Shown here piece by piece: positions 21,219 to 31,213 of a stretch of DNA of 64,000 nucleotides. Numbering within the stretch: the stretch's first letter is position 1; each line of letters starts with the position of its first letter. The stretch spans positions 32,001 through 96,000 of the forward strand of contig OZ245056.1 of assembly GCA_965224705.1 (NCBI GenBank), given 5' to 3'. The position numbers and the translations under genes are program-made. This DNA is from Spirochaetaceae bacterium. GTDB taxonomy: Bacteria > Spirochaetota > Spirochaetia > DSM-2461. The notes below the pieces were generated by a model. It was given only the letters and a program-made list of their open reading frames with translations, did not search any database and was not told the origin of the DNA.

Positions 21219-21812
21219 CTATTGTACGTTAAGCATTCCGCTGAAACCAACAAAAGCCAGAGCCATGAATCCGATAGTGATCAGTGTCAGACCCGGGCCC
21301 ACCAAACCGGATGGAACCGGAGCCCGGGCCACCTTTTTCTGAATGGCCGCCAGGGCCAGTATGGCCAGCCACCACCCCAAACCGGAACCCAGTCCGAATG
21401 TAAGGGTTTGCAGAAAATCATAGTTCCGGATCTGCATGAACAAGGCCACTCCCAGTATAGCACAGTTCACTGTAATGAGGGGGAGAAATATACCCAGACT
21501 CATATATAATGCGGGACTTACCCTGTCTATAACCATCTCCAGCATCTGCACAGTGGCGGCAATGATCACTATGAATATTATGTAGCGGTACACCATGAGA
21601 TCCAGGGGGATCAGAATGTATTTCATGACGGTCCAGTTAATGGCAGCCGTAATGGTGAGGACCACTGTTACGGCCAGGCCCAGTCCGTTTGAAGATTTCA
21701 TGTCCTTGCTGATGGATATGAAGGAACACATCCCCAAGAAATTGCTAAGGAGAATATTGCCGGTAAAAACCGAAGCAAACAATATAACCAGAGGATTAAT
21801 CTGTGGAGCCAT
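21219..21812 (-). CDS. nqrE: NqrE/RnfA membrane subunit
   Basis: NFLGMCSF, LPLITVNCAILG. Confidence 0.85.
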   Translation of the reverse strand: MAPQINPLVILFASVFTGNILLSNFLGMCSFISISKDMKSSNGLGLAVTVVLTITAAINWTVMKYILIPLDLMVYRYIIFIVIIAATVQMLEMVIDRVSPALYMSLGIFLPLITVNCAILGVALFMQIRNYDFLQTLTFGLGSGLGWWLAILALAAIQKKVARAPVPSGLVGPGLTLITIGFMALAFVGFSGMLNVQ

Positions 21813-22420
21813 TACGCATTTTCCTTTTTAAGCATGATAGTTTTTGCAGCCCAGATGAGGCTTCCCAGGAGGAAGAAGGCACTTGGCGGCATTACCATAA
21901 TCGTCCAGGTGGTAAAACCCTCACCAAAAATTGGAAATCCAAGAAGGGATCCAGCTCCCAGAATCTCCCTGACAATGGCAATGATGATAAGAACGGCCAT
22001 GTATCCCACACCGCTTGTAATGCCATCCCAAAGGGCTTCCAGAGGAGGATTGGCCTGAGCAAAGGCCTCTGCCCGTCCCATGATTATACAATTAGTAATA
22101 ATGAGACCAACATAGGGGCCCAGGGCCTTGGAAATCTCAGGAAGGAAGGCTCTGATCACAATGTCAACAATTATAACGTAGAATGCGATGATGATTGTTT
22201 GAACAATCATACGCACTTTGCGGGGTATGAGGCTCTTCATCAGTGAAACCGTTGTGTTGGACAGTCCTGTAACAAAAATCACAGCCGCTGTCATGATCAA
22301 TGTGTTGGCCAGATTGTTGGTGACAGCCAGTGTGGAACAGATTCCCAGAATCTGGACAAAGATGGGATTATCCGTCCAGAGATTCTTCGTCAGAATAACA
22401 GCCGGGGTATCAGTACTCAT
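21812..22420 (-). CDS. nqrD: NqrD/RnfE membrane subunit
   Basis: NPIFVQILGICSTLAV, GLIITNCIIMGRAEAFA. Confidence 0.85.
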   Translation of the reverse strand: MSTDTPAVILTKNLWTDNPIFVQILGICSTLAVTNNLANTLIMTAAVIFVTGLSNTTVSLMKSLIPRKVRMIVQTIIIAFYVIIVDIVIRAFLPEISKALGPYVGLIITNCIIMGRAEAFAQANPPLEALWDGITSGVGYMAVLIIIAIVREILGAGSLLGFPIFGEGFTTWTIMVMPPSAFFLLGSLIWAAKTIMLKKENA

Positions 22421-23013
22421 TATCGAGCCTCCCGAAGCTTGGCAATTTCATTATTAATGATGACCTCCATGGCGGCACTTGTAAGGGATGCACCTGTCAC
22501 TCCATCCACCACTGCATTGTCGGGATTAGAATCCGATCCTCCCTCACCCTTTCTGATTGAGATCCCATCGGACTGGATCTTCTCATGTCGAAACTGATCT
22601 TTGAACCAGTCCTCTTCAATACGCCCGCCAAGGCCGGGAGTTTCGGCATGACTCATGATGTCCAGACCAATGATTCGCTCAACAGAAGCATCAGAAGCCA
22701 GAACCCCGGTAACGGTTCCCCACAATCCCTGGCCGCTGAACTGCTTGATCAGAATCTCCTTTCCCTCGATGGAAGCCTTTATAACGGAATCACCATCAAC
22801 AGTACCAAAGAGACTGTTGAACGTACTCAATGTTTTTTCGTTGTCATCTTCAGTCAGACCAGCAGCACTCAGAAATGCCTGAGCTTTAACCAGTTCTCGA
22901 TTCTGAGCCACCCTGGCGGCAGTGGCATTGTCAGCCAGGGCGATAATAAAAACAAATATAAAGGCGACAAAGAAGGTGAATACAACGACGTAAAGAAAGG
23001 ATTCCTTGTTCAT
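22420..23013 (-). CDS. nqrC: NqrC/RnfG FMN-binding subunit
   Basis: Start revised to ATG 23013 (AGGAGG RBS); GLWG, HAETPGLGG, DGVTGASLTS flavinylation motif. Confidence 0.85.
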   Translation of the reverse strand: MNKESFLYVVVFTFFVAFIFVFIIALADNATAARVAQNRELVKAQAFLSAAGLTEDDNEKTLSTFNSLFGTVDGDSVIKASIEGKEILIKQFSGQGLWGTVTGVLASDASVERIIGLDIMSHAETPGLGGRIEEDWFKDQFRHEKIQSDGISIRKGEGGSDSNPDNAVVDGVTGASLTSAAMEVIINNEIAKLREAR

Positions 23014-23984
23014 GAAGCACCTCCTGATTCCCTGACAGGTTTCGACACTGTTTTTTTCTTCTTCACGGCGGCAGGGAACCACTCGTCCAGTAAGCTTGCA
23101 AAGGTGTTCCCAATAAGGAGTCCAAAACTCACCCCCTCGGGAAAGAGGGAGAAAATCCTGATTGCGGCCGATACGCCGCCGATCAAAAAGCCATAGGCCC
23201 ATTGGGAACCAGGATTCTTGGGTGCGGTTACAGGGTCGGTCACCATGAAAACTGCTATGTAAAGAAAACTCCCTGAAAAGATGGATTCTAGAGGTGGAAA
23301 GGGGTTTATACTCCCGGCAGGTTTAACGCCAATGGCCCACAGAGCCGTTGTAACAGCCACAAAACTCAGAAATGTGGAAATAATAATTTTCCAACTGGCT
23401 GTTTTGGTTGCTATAAGATAAACAGCCGCAGCAATGATCAGAATGGCAGCACTTTCGCCCAATGCTCCGATTCGAAAGCCAGTCACAAGGTCGATGAGAT
23501 CCGGTGTAAAGCCCTCCTTCAGATCCATCAACGGCGTCGCCGCTGTGGCCGTATCAATGGAGGTATCCAGACCAAAGTTCCACGCCATACCGGGTTTCCA
23601 GGGTTCAAGGAAACTGCGCTGCATGCCATTGGGAAAAGAAACATACACAAACAGCCGACCGGCAATGGCCGGGTTGAAAATATTCCGGCCGAATCCGCCA
23701 TAGATGTTCTTGGCAAAAATCACACCGAATACGATGCCCACAGCGGCTATCCACAATGGAACCGCCGGCGGCATTGACAGAGCGTACAGGGAACAGGTAA
23801 CGAGTACCGCTTCACTGACTTTTTTACCCCTGGGTTTGGTGAACACATATTCCGCTAAAATACCAAATACGAATACAACACACGTAATCGTTAAACTTCG
23901 CCACCCATACAGTAGAATGGAAAACATGAATATCGGAACAAGAGAGTATACAACTCTCCTCATCATCAATTGTTTCTGGAACAT
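23010..23984 (-). CDS. nqrB: NqrB/RnfD membrane subunit
   Basis: YGGFGRNIFNPAIAGR, DTATAATPL (FMN site), GALGES, FMVTDPVTAP. Confidence 0.85.
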   Translation of the reverse strand: MFQKQLMMRRVVYSLVPIFMFSILLYGWRSLTITCVVFVFGILAEYVFTKPRGKKVSEAVLVTCSLYALSMPPAVPLWIAAVGIVFGVIFAKNIYGGFGRNIFNPAIAGRLFVYVSFPNGMQRSFLEPWKPGMAWNFGLDTSIDTATAATPLMDLKEGFTPDLIDLVTGFRIGALGESAAILIIAAAVYLIATKTASWKIIISTFLSFVAVTTALWAIGVKPAGSINPFPPLESIFSGSFLYIAVFMVTDPVTAPKNPGSQWAYGFLIGGVSAAIRIFSLFPEGVSFGLLIGNTFASLLDEWFPAAVKKKKTVSKPVRESGGAS

Positions 23985-24132
23985 TCCTGCCCACCTCTAA
24001 TGCAAATTTCAATGTAAAGGACAAACACTTCATAAACTATCATCTATTTCGAAATATTTGCCTAGGGTCATGTTCAAGTTTAGGGAATTATTATAGTGTT
24101 GGCACTGTATATTATGGCCAGTGGAGAATGCT

Positions 24133-24579
24133 ATGCTGAGAAAAGCTGTTGTTGCTGATATTGGACAGACCGATGTCTGGTTATTGATGCTGGATGAGGT
24201 AGAAAAAGCTCATGAAGAAGCCTGTCATCAAGATGTCGGCTGTGGTTCATCAGGCTGTGGATGCCGTGTAAGCGGCAGGCGGTTCAGGGCAGCTAAACCA
24301 GCAGATTTTGCGATAAAACCTGGTGATACCGTAGAAGTTTCCTCTCCGGCAGGTCTGGGAGCTTCATTGCTTATACTGGGAATTCCAGTTGTCGGAGCAA
24401 CGGCTGTCTGGTTTGTTATTACCAGGTTCTTCCCCAATGCTGCGGAAGGCTTTACCGCCCTCGGAGCCTTTCTTGGTGCCATTATTGCCGGCGGACTGGC
24501 ATTCATCCCCGGCAGCCGAAGGGGAAGGAAACGTCTGCCGGAGATTGTCGCCACTGTGGAATCAGGGTCGACTCCGTGA
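24133..24579 (+). CDS. RseC/MucC family (SoxR-reducing system) protein
   Basis: Cys cluster ACHQDVGCGSSGCGC, PGDTVEV, two TM helices; ATG 24133 with GGAG RBS. Confidence 0.7.
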   Translation: MLRKAVVADIGQTDVWLLMLDEVEKAHEEACHQDVGCGSSGCGCRVSGRRFRAAKPADFAIKPGDTVEVSSPAGLGASLLILGIPVVGATAVWFVITRFFPNAAEGFTALGAFLGAIIAGGLAFIPGSRRGRKRLPEIVATVESGSTP

Positions 24580-25223
24580 AGAATAGATTTTTGACAATCC
24601 TGATTCTCCCTGCTATTCTGGCCGCAGCCGTCAGCACCGCATGGACACAGTCGGTCAACTCAATTCTCCGCCAGGCCGTTGAACTCACAGGAACTCCCTA
24701 CCGAAGTGGGGGGATGAATCCCGGAGGCTTCGACTGTTCCGGATTCGTTGTCTATCTTTACAGACCGGCCTTACCCGATATACCGCGAATATCAAAACAT
24801 ATCGCCGGCATCGGGAAGAGTGTTGCAGCCAGGCAATGGCGGCCAGGCGACCTTCTATTCTATGCGACCGGTGCCGATCCAGACCAGATCAATCACGTTG
24901 CGATATGGTACAGCGAGAATCAAATCATCCATAGTATTTCCGGCGGCCCGGAGACAGGCGTTGTGATAACTCCGGCTGACAGCCGTTATTGGAAGAACCG
25001 CTATGTTCTGGCCAGACGGGTGCTGCCCCTGGAAGAAGTGATTGATGAACTGCCGCTTCCAGAACCAGTAGAATCGACTGAATCCCCAAAAGAGATGCCG
25101 CCTCCAACTCATCGGGAGAAATCCCCATGGGACGATTTCGATGGCATTCTTCGCGGTGATTTTGATGCCTGGAAGAAAGCCGATGACGCAGCATTCGAAG
25201 CGTTTAAAAAGAAGAATGGGTGA
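24576..25223 (+). CDS. NlpC/P60 family cell-wall peptidase
   Basis: GTPYRSGG...GFDCSGFV, PGDLLFY, NHVAIW. Confidence 0.9.
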   Translation: MKNRFLTILILPAILAAAVSTAWTQSVNSILRQAVELTGTPYRSGGMNPGGFDCSGFVVYLYRPALPDIPRISKHIAGIGKSVAARQWRPGDLLFYATGADPDQINHVAIWYSENQIIHSISGGPETGVVITPADSRYWKNRYVLARRVLPLEEVIDELPLPEPVESTESPKEMPPPTHREKSPWDDFDGILRGDFDAWKKADDAAFEAFKKKNG

Positions 25224-25262
25224 TTTATGCAGATTCCCCGAGTTCCTGCCTGAACAGTATAA

Positions 25263-26126
25263 TCAGTTCCACTCTTCCGGACATACGGCCAGAGACCATA
25301 CACCCGATTTATCATGCCATCGTGCAATAACTGCAAACCCCCGAATACTTCCGAATCCTTTGCCATAGGCTGCCGAAGAAGTTTCCGTGCGCGACCAGGT
25401 CGCAGATGATCGAGTTCTTTCAATCGCCAGAGAGCTGTTTTCCCCATGAATCCTGAGAATCATCGCGGCCAGGGCTGCTTCATCAGCTCTTCTAATCGTC
25501 CTGATCAGCGTGCTCTGCTCAGCTCCCAGTCCCACAGCGATCACCCACCCCGGGATTACCGGGGGCCTGTTTATCCATGAAGGCCTGCCTCCCACGTAGT
25601 CGGGCTGCCAGTTCAGGCGGGGGATATCCGGTTTTTCCAGCTCAAACTTCACCCATGTTCCCTCTTCAGTCACCCATATCTCTCTGGCTCTCATGTTTTC
25701 GATGGCCAGATCCATGGCCTCACCATCATAGTAGGCCCGGGTTCTCTCTGCAAAATTCGCCCCCTGCTGATTGCTTATCATGAAATCCTGGCTGGATCCC
25801 CAGAACTCCGAGAATACACCGGCCTGGAGTGCGGCATTTTCAAGTGCCAGCAATTTCTCCTCCTCCCTGTTGGAACGACGGGGACCAGCCGCCACAAAGA
25901 AAAGAGAATCACCGGAGAACCTGCTGTCCCAGAGCCAGGGAGGAATGCCGTCTTCTGTTACTTCAGCCTGGACAGGATTAGATTTCTCGGGCGTTTTCTC
26001 AAGGGTAATGCAGGAGGCAATCGTTGTGATTAAGACTGCTGCCGCAATGATGCATGGAGTCTGTTTCCTTAAATTTTGATCTTCCGAATACAATGTCTGC
26101 AAGCAGAAGGACTTCAGGAATTTCAC
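25263..26126 (-). CDS. Lipoprotein (LPP20-like duplicated domain)
   Basis: Lipobox TIASC; two PPW/PSWI units. Confidence 0.65.
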   Translation of the reverse strand: MKFLKSFCLQTLYSEDQNLRKQTPCIIAAAVLITTIASCITLEKTPEKSNPVQAEVTEDGIPPWLWDSRFSGDSLFFVAAGPRRSNREEEKLLALENAALQAGVFSEFWGSSQDFMISNQQGANFAERTRAYYDGEAMDLAIENMRAREIWVTEEGTWVKFELEKPDIPRLNWQPDYVGGRPSWINRPPVIPGWVIAVGLGAEQSTLIRTIRRADEAALAAMILRIHGENSSLAIERTRSSATWSRTETSSAAYGKGFGSIRGFAVIARWHDKSGVWSLAVCPEEWN

Positions 26127-27553
26127 TGCTTCATAATCCTGTTCAAGCTCTCAAAATCCTTGAGAAGCAGGGCATTTTGAGGAAGTATTGACAGTCCTTC
26201 CAGAATATACGCACGAGCCTGATCAAATTCCTTTTTTCGATATGACCGGACAAACTGGTTATGAAATGCGGCCGCTGTACTCTGTTCAAAGGAATCCAGC
26301 ATCCTCTTCCATTGGGGAATTCCTGCCAGTTCAGGAGGGGCATTTCTCAGGAATTTCAATCCTTCAATCCAGTTTTTTCCTGCTGACAGTCTGTTTGCTT
26401 CCGTAGACCAGATGTAAAGCGATAATTCAGACCACCTGTCCAATGTGATAATGCCATCATTCAACGCTGAATCAACGGAAGCCGCAGCTTCAGAGAAGGG
26501 ACTGTTTTTGATTTCATCCTCCAGAATCCACTTTCTAACTTCATTGTACTTCTCTTTAACGTACGAAGGCGGCAGCAGGGCCGTGAATCTACTATCCTCA
26601 ATGAAATTCAGCGCATCATCAAATTCATGGGCTCTTCCATGGCGTGTCAGTTGATTACTGAAGAGAATTTTCGCACTCTTCTCCAACCCATGCCCGGCAC
26701 CCAGCAGCCGGGCCGCTTTGCTCAGCATGACCAGAGCTTCTTCGTTATTGTTGTGATTATCGCTTTCCGCAGCAGCATTGTTGAGAGACTGTATGAAATC
26801 CTCCCGGGCAGTATCAGTTCCGGACAGAGTCCACTGATCCAGTGCCAGGCCAACGGCCGGCTGCCAGTTATTCGATTGATGGAGGAAGGCTATGCGATTC
26901 TGAAAGATGAGGGAGATGAGTTCTTTATGATTTATATCTCTCCGTTGTTTATAGTTACTTGGAGGGACATAGGCAAACCCTATCCGACCTTCAACCAGAT
27001 CCAGTATCTCCTGCCTGGAACCGGGATCAAAGCCGTAGTAATTGGTTGTTTCCACATCAATACCATTTCCAATATTGGGAAGCCTACAGAAAGCATGATC
27101 CCTGGTGACGACTCCCCTGATTTCAAGACCGATGGAACGGGTAAGGATCAGGTAAAAGACGGCTGAGGATACACAGTTATATTCACCGGTATCCAGAAGG
27201 ATATCCATGCGTGTCTGAGTCTCTACATAACGAGTAAGGTAATTATCATGCATCCATTTAAGAAGCGCCTCGCTATCGGCCATATCATTGCCGGTTGCTG
27301 TTGCTGCTGCTTTGCGGGAAATATCCAGATACCGGCCCGTATATCCTTCAATACGGTCACTCTCAACTCCAGAAGCGATGAGGGAAGACTGGATCAATGC
27401 TTTGACGGAAAGTGGTTCCGGCATTGCGGAAAAGGAGACTATTTCCCTGGTAGGTACAAGGCGAACCTCTCCAGAAACCATGCCGGGAACGAATGCCAGA
27501 GTGAGCAGGAGGATGTATCCAGATGTATTTCTGAACGAGAGATTTTCGCCCAT
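26123..27553 (-). CDS. Transglutaminase-like/SirB1-type domain protein with helical C-terminus
   Basis: YNCVSSA, DHAF, IDVETT suggest a Cys-His-Asp/Glu arrangement; start uncertain (ATG 27553 assumed). Confidence 0.65.
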   Translation of the reverse strand: MGENLSFRNTSGYILLLTLAFVPGMVSGEVRLVPTREIVSFSAMPEPLSVKALIQSSLIASGVESDRIEGYTGRYLDISRKAAATATGNDMADSEALLKWMHDNYLTRYVETQTRMDILLDTGEYNCVSSAVFYLILTRSIGLEIRGVVTRDHAFCRLPNIGNGIDVETTNYYGFDPGSRQEILDLVEGRIGFAYVPPSNYKQRRDINHKELISLIFQNRIAFLHQSNNWQPAVGLALDQWTLSGTDTAREDFIQSLNNAAAESDNHNNNEEALVMLSKAARLLGAGHGLEKSAKILFSNQLTRHGRAHEFDDALNFIEDSRFTALLPPSYVKEKYNEVRKWILEDEIKNSPFSEAAASVDSALNDGIITLDRWSELSLYIWSTEANRLSAGKNWIEGLKFLRNAPPELAGIPQWKRMLDSFEQSTAAAFHNQFVRSYRKKEFDQARAYILEGLSILPQNALLLKDFESLNRIMKQ

Positions 27554-27728
27554 CCGGGTGCAGCGCGCAGCCAGACCGCATGAACATTGTAACAGCGCCG
27601 CAACGGTAAAGAGGATTGAGTCAGGAACTGAGCGTAAACTGTTTTTTTCAGGGGTGCCCCTGGGCATATTACTGGCAACAGTCAGAGTCATGATATATAT
27701 TGTATTCTTTGTTGAGAAGGAGAGCAAT

Positions 27729-28679
27729 ATGTCCCCGGATTATGATATTGTGGTAATCGGCAGCGGACCGGCCGGTATGACAGCGGCTCAGTACGCAGCA
27801 AGGGCCAATCTTGACGTTCTTGTTATTGAGGAAATGGCTCCCGGCGGGGCCATGCTGCTCATCAACGAAATGGAGAATTATCCGGGATTTCCCGATCCAA
27901 TCAACGGGTACGAAATCAGCGACAGGATGCGGAAACAAAGTGAAAACTTCGGAGCTGAATTCAGAATGACCACAGCGAATTCCATAACCAGGGAGGAAAA
28001 TATATTCACGATTGAAACAAGCGAAGGCAAAGTGACATCCTGGACCGTTATCTTATCGACTGGAGCAAAGCATAAGAACCTGGGTGCATCCGGTGAAAGT
28101 GAATTCTCCGGTCGAGGAGTCTCATACTGCGCCACCTGCGATGGTCCCTTTTTTAAGAACAAAAGGATTCTGGTTGTCGGTGGAGGCGATTCTGCCTGCG
28201 ATGAAGGATCTTATTTAGCCAATCTTACCGACCAGGTTGTATTGATACACAGACGTGATCGTTTCCGTGCACAAAAAACACTGGCAGATCGGATTATCAA
28301 CAACTCACACATCGATGTGAGGTTCAATCATGTTCTGGAGAAGATAGAAGGGGAAAACAAAGTTAATTCTGTTATTCTGAAGCAGCTGGATACCGGGAAA
28401 ACCTATAAGGAGGATATGGATGCCGTTTTCATATTCATCGGATCCATCCCTCAAACCCAGCTCGTCCCGGACATTGAGAAAGATGAGGCCGGGTACATTG
28501 TTACAAATCATAACATGGAAACGCAGATTGACGGTCTTTTTGCTGTAGGAGATGTACGGGCCACACCCTTTCGTCAAGTTGTCGTCGCCTGCGGTGAAGG
28601 AGCCATTGCAGCTCACATGGCTTCGGCTCACATCGATGGGATCAAGGGAAATACTTATGCGGGGTTGAAACAAACTTAG
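27729..28679 (+). CDS. trxB: Thioredoxin reductase
   Basis: GSGPAG, CATCDG, GGGDSA, GLFAVGD; ATG 27729 with AAGGAG RBS. Confidence 0.95.
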   Translation: MSPDYDIVVIGSGPAGMTAAQYAARANLDVLVIEEMAPGGAMLLINEMENYPGFPDPINGYEISDRMRKQSENFGAEFRMTTANSITREENIFTIETSEGKVTSWTVILSTGAKHKNLGASGESEFSGRGVSYCATCDGPFFKNKRILVVGGGDSACDEGSYLANLTDQVVLIHRRDRFRAQKTLADRIINNSHIDVRFNHVLEKIEGENKVNSVILKQLDTGKTYKEDMDAVFIFIGSIPQTQLVPDIEKDEAGYIVTNHNMETQIDGLFAVGDVRATPFRQVVVACGEGAIAAHMASAHIDGIKGNTYAGLKQT

Positions 28680-28680
28680 C

Positions 28681-30351
28681 ATGCCTCCCCGTTCAATTGT
28701 TCCAGTAATGCTGATCGCTGCTGCGCTCAATCCGGTATTTACAAATTCGCTGCCCCACTTTGATGACGACACTGAACCGCAGGTACTCGCCAGACAGATT
28801 GTCAATTCAATGAGCAGCATCGAAGTCATTGGTCAGGTGCTCATGTTTGGCTACCATGGCGAAAAACCCGATACGAGTATTCTCTCCCTGATCACCAAAA
28901 ATGGTCTGGGTGGAGTGAAAATATTCGGCAATAATGCTAACAACCGGAATCGTCTGGCAGAAACCGTAACGGCCTACCAGAAATCGGCACTTAAACTGCG
29001 TTTTGGAATACCCCTTCTCATTGCCACCGATCAGGAGGGCGGCTGGGTCAGACACATCAGGGGGGGGAGTTCAATAACACCTGGCAATATGGCTCTGGGT
29101 GCGGATCCCATTCCTGGAGATGCCCTGGAAACCGGGCGCATCATCGGCCGGGAACTGGCCGCTGTTGGAGTAAATATGAATTTTGCTCCCACTGTGGACA
29201 TATTCATCGATCCACAGGCCGATGTTCTCGGCCCCCGTACCTTTTCATCCCATCCCGGTTGGACAGGAATCCTCGGCCAGGCATTTGCCCGGGGCCAGGA
29301 AGAACATGGAGTGATCAGTACGGCCAAGCATTTCCCTGGCCATGGTGACACTTCTGAGGATTCTCATGGAACCCTGCCCGTCGTTTACGCTGACCTTGAA
29401 ACTCTTCGGCGGCGTGATTTCCTGCCCTATGAAATGATGATAAAATCTGGACTGCCGGCCATCATGGTGGGACATTTAGCTTTCCCGACAATTACTGGAG
29501 ATCACGTCCCGGCCACTTTCTCGGAAGAATTTCTAACCATTATTCTCAGAAAGGAAATGGGATTCGATGGGATCATCGTTACCGACGATCTTTTCATGGA
29601 CGGTGCCCGTATGAACGGAGATCCCCTCCATCAGGGCAGCTATCGTGCCATGCTTGCCGGAGCTGACCTGCTTCTCGTTTCCCAGGATCGCCGTGCTCAC
29701 AGAGATATATACAGTCGATTCCAGACTGAAATGCTCAGGGACAGGTCATTCAATGACAGAGTCCGGGAAGCAGCCGTAAGAATACTGAAGATGAAAATCA
29801 CATGGCTGAAGGGTCCTGAATCGGTCCCCTACTTCCCAAAACCATCCGAAACTGAACCTGATGAAGCATCCGATTCCAATGAATTCATACTGACCCAGGC
29901 CGCAAGAAGCATCACTCTGGTGAGGGACAAAAGATTTCCAATAAAAAGAGAAGATGCCGGAAAGGTGCTTATTGCCGGGTCCTATCCGGATTTCTTCACC
30001 GAAGGTAGAAATCGTTATCCCAATGCGAAAACCTGGTCACTGGATTTCAACAGAAATACTGAAATTCTCCAGCGTCAAGGCCGGGTACTGGCTCAGGCAG
30101 CCACAGCTTTTGATACGGTTATAGTTCTTCTATCCAGTAAGGAGACGGCGATTCTCCTCAATGAATTGGAAGGAATCGGAGATCGGATTGTGATTATTTC
30201 TGTTCTTTCACCAGCTCACCTTGACAGGCTGGAATGGGCCCGGACGGCTCTGGCAGCCTACGGTACCGGGAAGGAGAGCTTTCAGGCAGCTTTTGCAGCT
30301 CTGGCGGGTGATTTTGTACCTGAAGGCCGACTTCCCATTCCTCTAAAATAG
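28681..30351 (+). CDS. nagZ: GH3 beta-N-acetylhexosaminidase
   Basis: ATDQEGG, KHFPGHGDTSEDSH, IVTDDL. Confidence 0.88.
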   Translation: MPPRSIVPVMLIAAALNPVFTNSLPHFDDDTEPQVLARQIVNSMSSIEVIGQVLMFGYHGEKPDTSILSLITKNGLGGVKIFGNNANNRNRLAETVTAYQKSALKLRFGIPLLIATDQEGGWVRHIRGGSSITPGNMALGADPIPGDALETGRIIGRELAAVGVNMNFAPTVDIFIDPQADVLGPRTFSSHPGWTGILGQAFARGQEEHGVISTAKHFPGHGDTSEDSHGTLPVVYADLETLRRRDFLPYEMMIKSGLPAIMVGHLAFPTITGDHVPATFSEEFLTIILRKEMGFDGIIVTDDLFMDGARMNGDPLHQGSYRAMLAGADLLLVSQDRRAHRDIYSRFQTEMLRDRSFNDRVREAAVRILKMKITWLKGPESVPYFPKPSETEPDEASDSNEFILTQAARSITLVRDKRFPIKREDAGKVLIAGSYPDFFTEGRNRYPNAKTWSLDFNRNTEILQRQGRVLAQAATAFDTVIVLLSSKETAILLNELEGIGDRIVIISVLSPAHLDRLEWARTALAAYGTGKESFQAAFAALAGDFVPEGRLPIPLK

Positions 30352-30355
30352 TTCC

Positions 30356-31207
30356 GTGAATTTCAGACTTTTGAAAAGGTCTACCTTTAATCAACTGGTA
30401 GAATTTCTTAAAGCTGATGAATGGCAGCATGTCCACCTGACATCACGCTTGAAAGAATCCGGCAATGTACTCCCCTGCACAATTGCTGATGGACGTATCT
30501 GGCTGCTCAGTGATAGGGGAGGGATTCATGGCTGCCTGTACATGGCCAGACATGGTCTTGTCATACCAGTTTTCAAATCACAGGAATTCCATTCCCGGGC
30601 AGAAACCTTTCTACGGAGACTCATAATGAGCCGTCAGAACAGCATTTATTCCGTTACAGGAATGAGATGCCAGGTTGATCTCATCGTAAACCTGTCCAGC
30701 ACAAAACCGGTTCACAATGTGCATTACAGAATGCTGACGTATGATTCACAGAAGAGCAGAGATGAAATCAGGAATCCTTCTATCAGGATAGACATGGCTG
30801 ATCCATCAGATTTTGAGAAACTCTGGCCCCTTGAAAAGGCGTATCAGAATGAAGAGGTGGTCAGAGCTGGATACAGTCTGAATGAGAACCATGCCCGAAT
30901 GCTCTTTTCTCATTCCTTGAAGAATCAACTTATATACTATATAACTCTGGGAGGACATACCATTGCCAAGGCCGGTACCAATGCCCGGGGATGGAACTAT
31001 GATCAAATTGGAGGAGTTTATGTCGATCCTGCATACAGAAACAGGGGTATGGGTCGGCAGGTGATGCAGGAACTTCTAAAAGCTGCCGACAGGGAAAACC
31101 GCCGGGTATGCCTTTTCGTCAAAGAAACGAATAAACCAGCTCTGTCGCTGTATTCATCACTGGGATTCAATGACAGGGGAAGTTTCCGTATCTCATACTG
31201 GAGGTAA
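30356..31207 (+). CDS. GNAT family acetyltransferase
   Basis: IGGVYVDPAYRNRGMG, NKPALSLYSSLGF; GTG start. Confidence 0.85.
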   Translation: MNFRLLKRSTFNQLVEFLKADEWQHVHLTSRLKESGNVLPCTIADGRIWLLSDRGGIHGCLYMARHGLVIPVFKSQEFHSRAETFLRRLIMSRQNSIYSVTGMRCQVDLIVNLSSTKPVHNVHYRMLTYDSQKSRDEIRNPSIRIDMADPSDFEKLWPLEKAYQNEEVVRAGYSLNENHARMLFSHSLKNQLIYYITLGGHTIAKAGTNARGWNYDQIGGVYVDPAYRNRGMGRQVMQELLKAADRENRRVCLFVKETNKPALSLYSSLGFNDRGSFRISYWR

Positions 31208-31213
31208 AAAACT

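Noticed and set aside
23014..23202. 260-aa version of NqrC
   Set aside because: Overlaps nqrB by about 190 bp; the RBS supports ATG 23013
27288..27728. N-terminal extensions of TrxB and of the opposite-strand 534-aa ORF
   Set aside because: Mutually overlapping extensions from distal starts; a clear RBS and ATG lie at 27729
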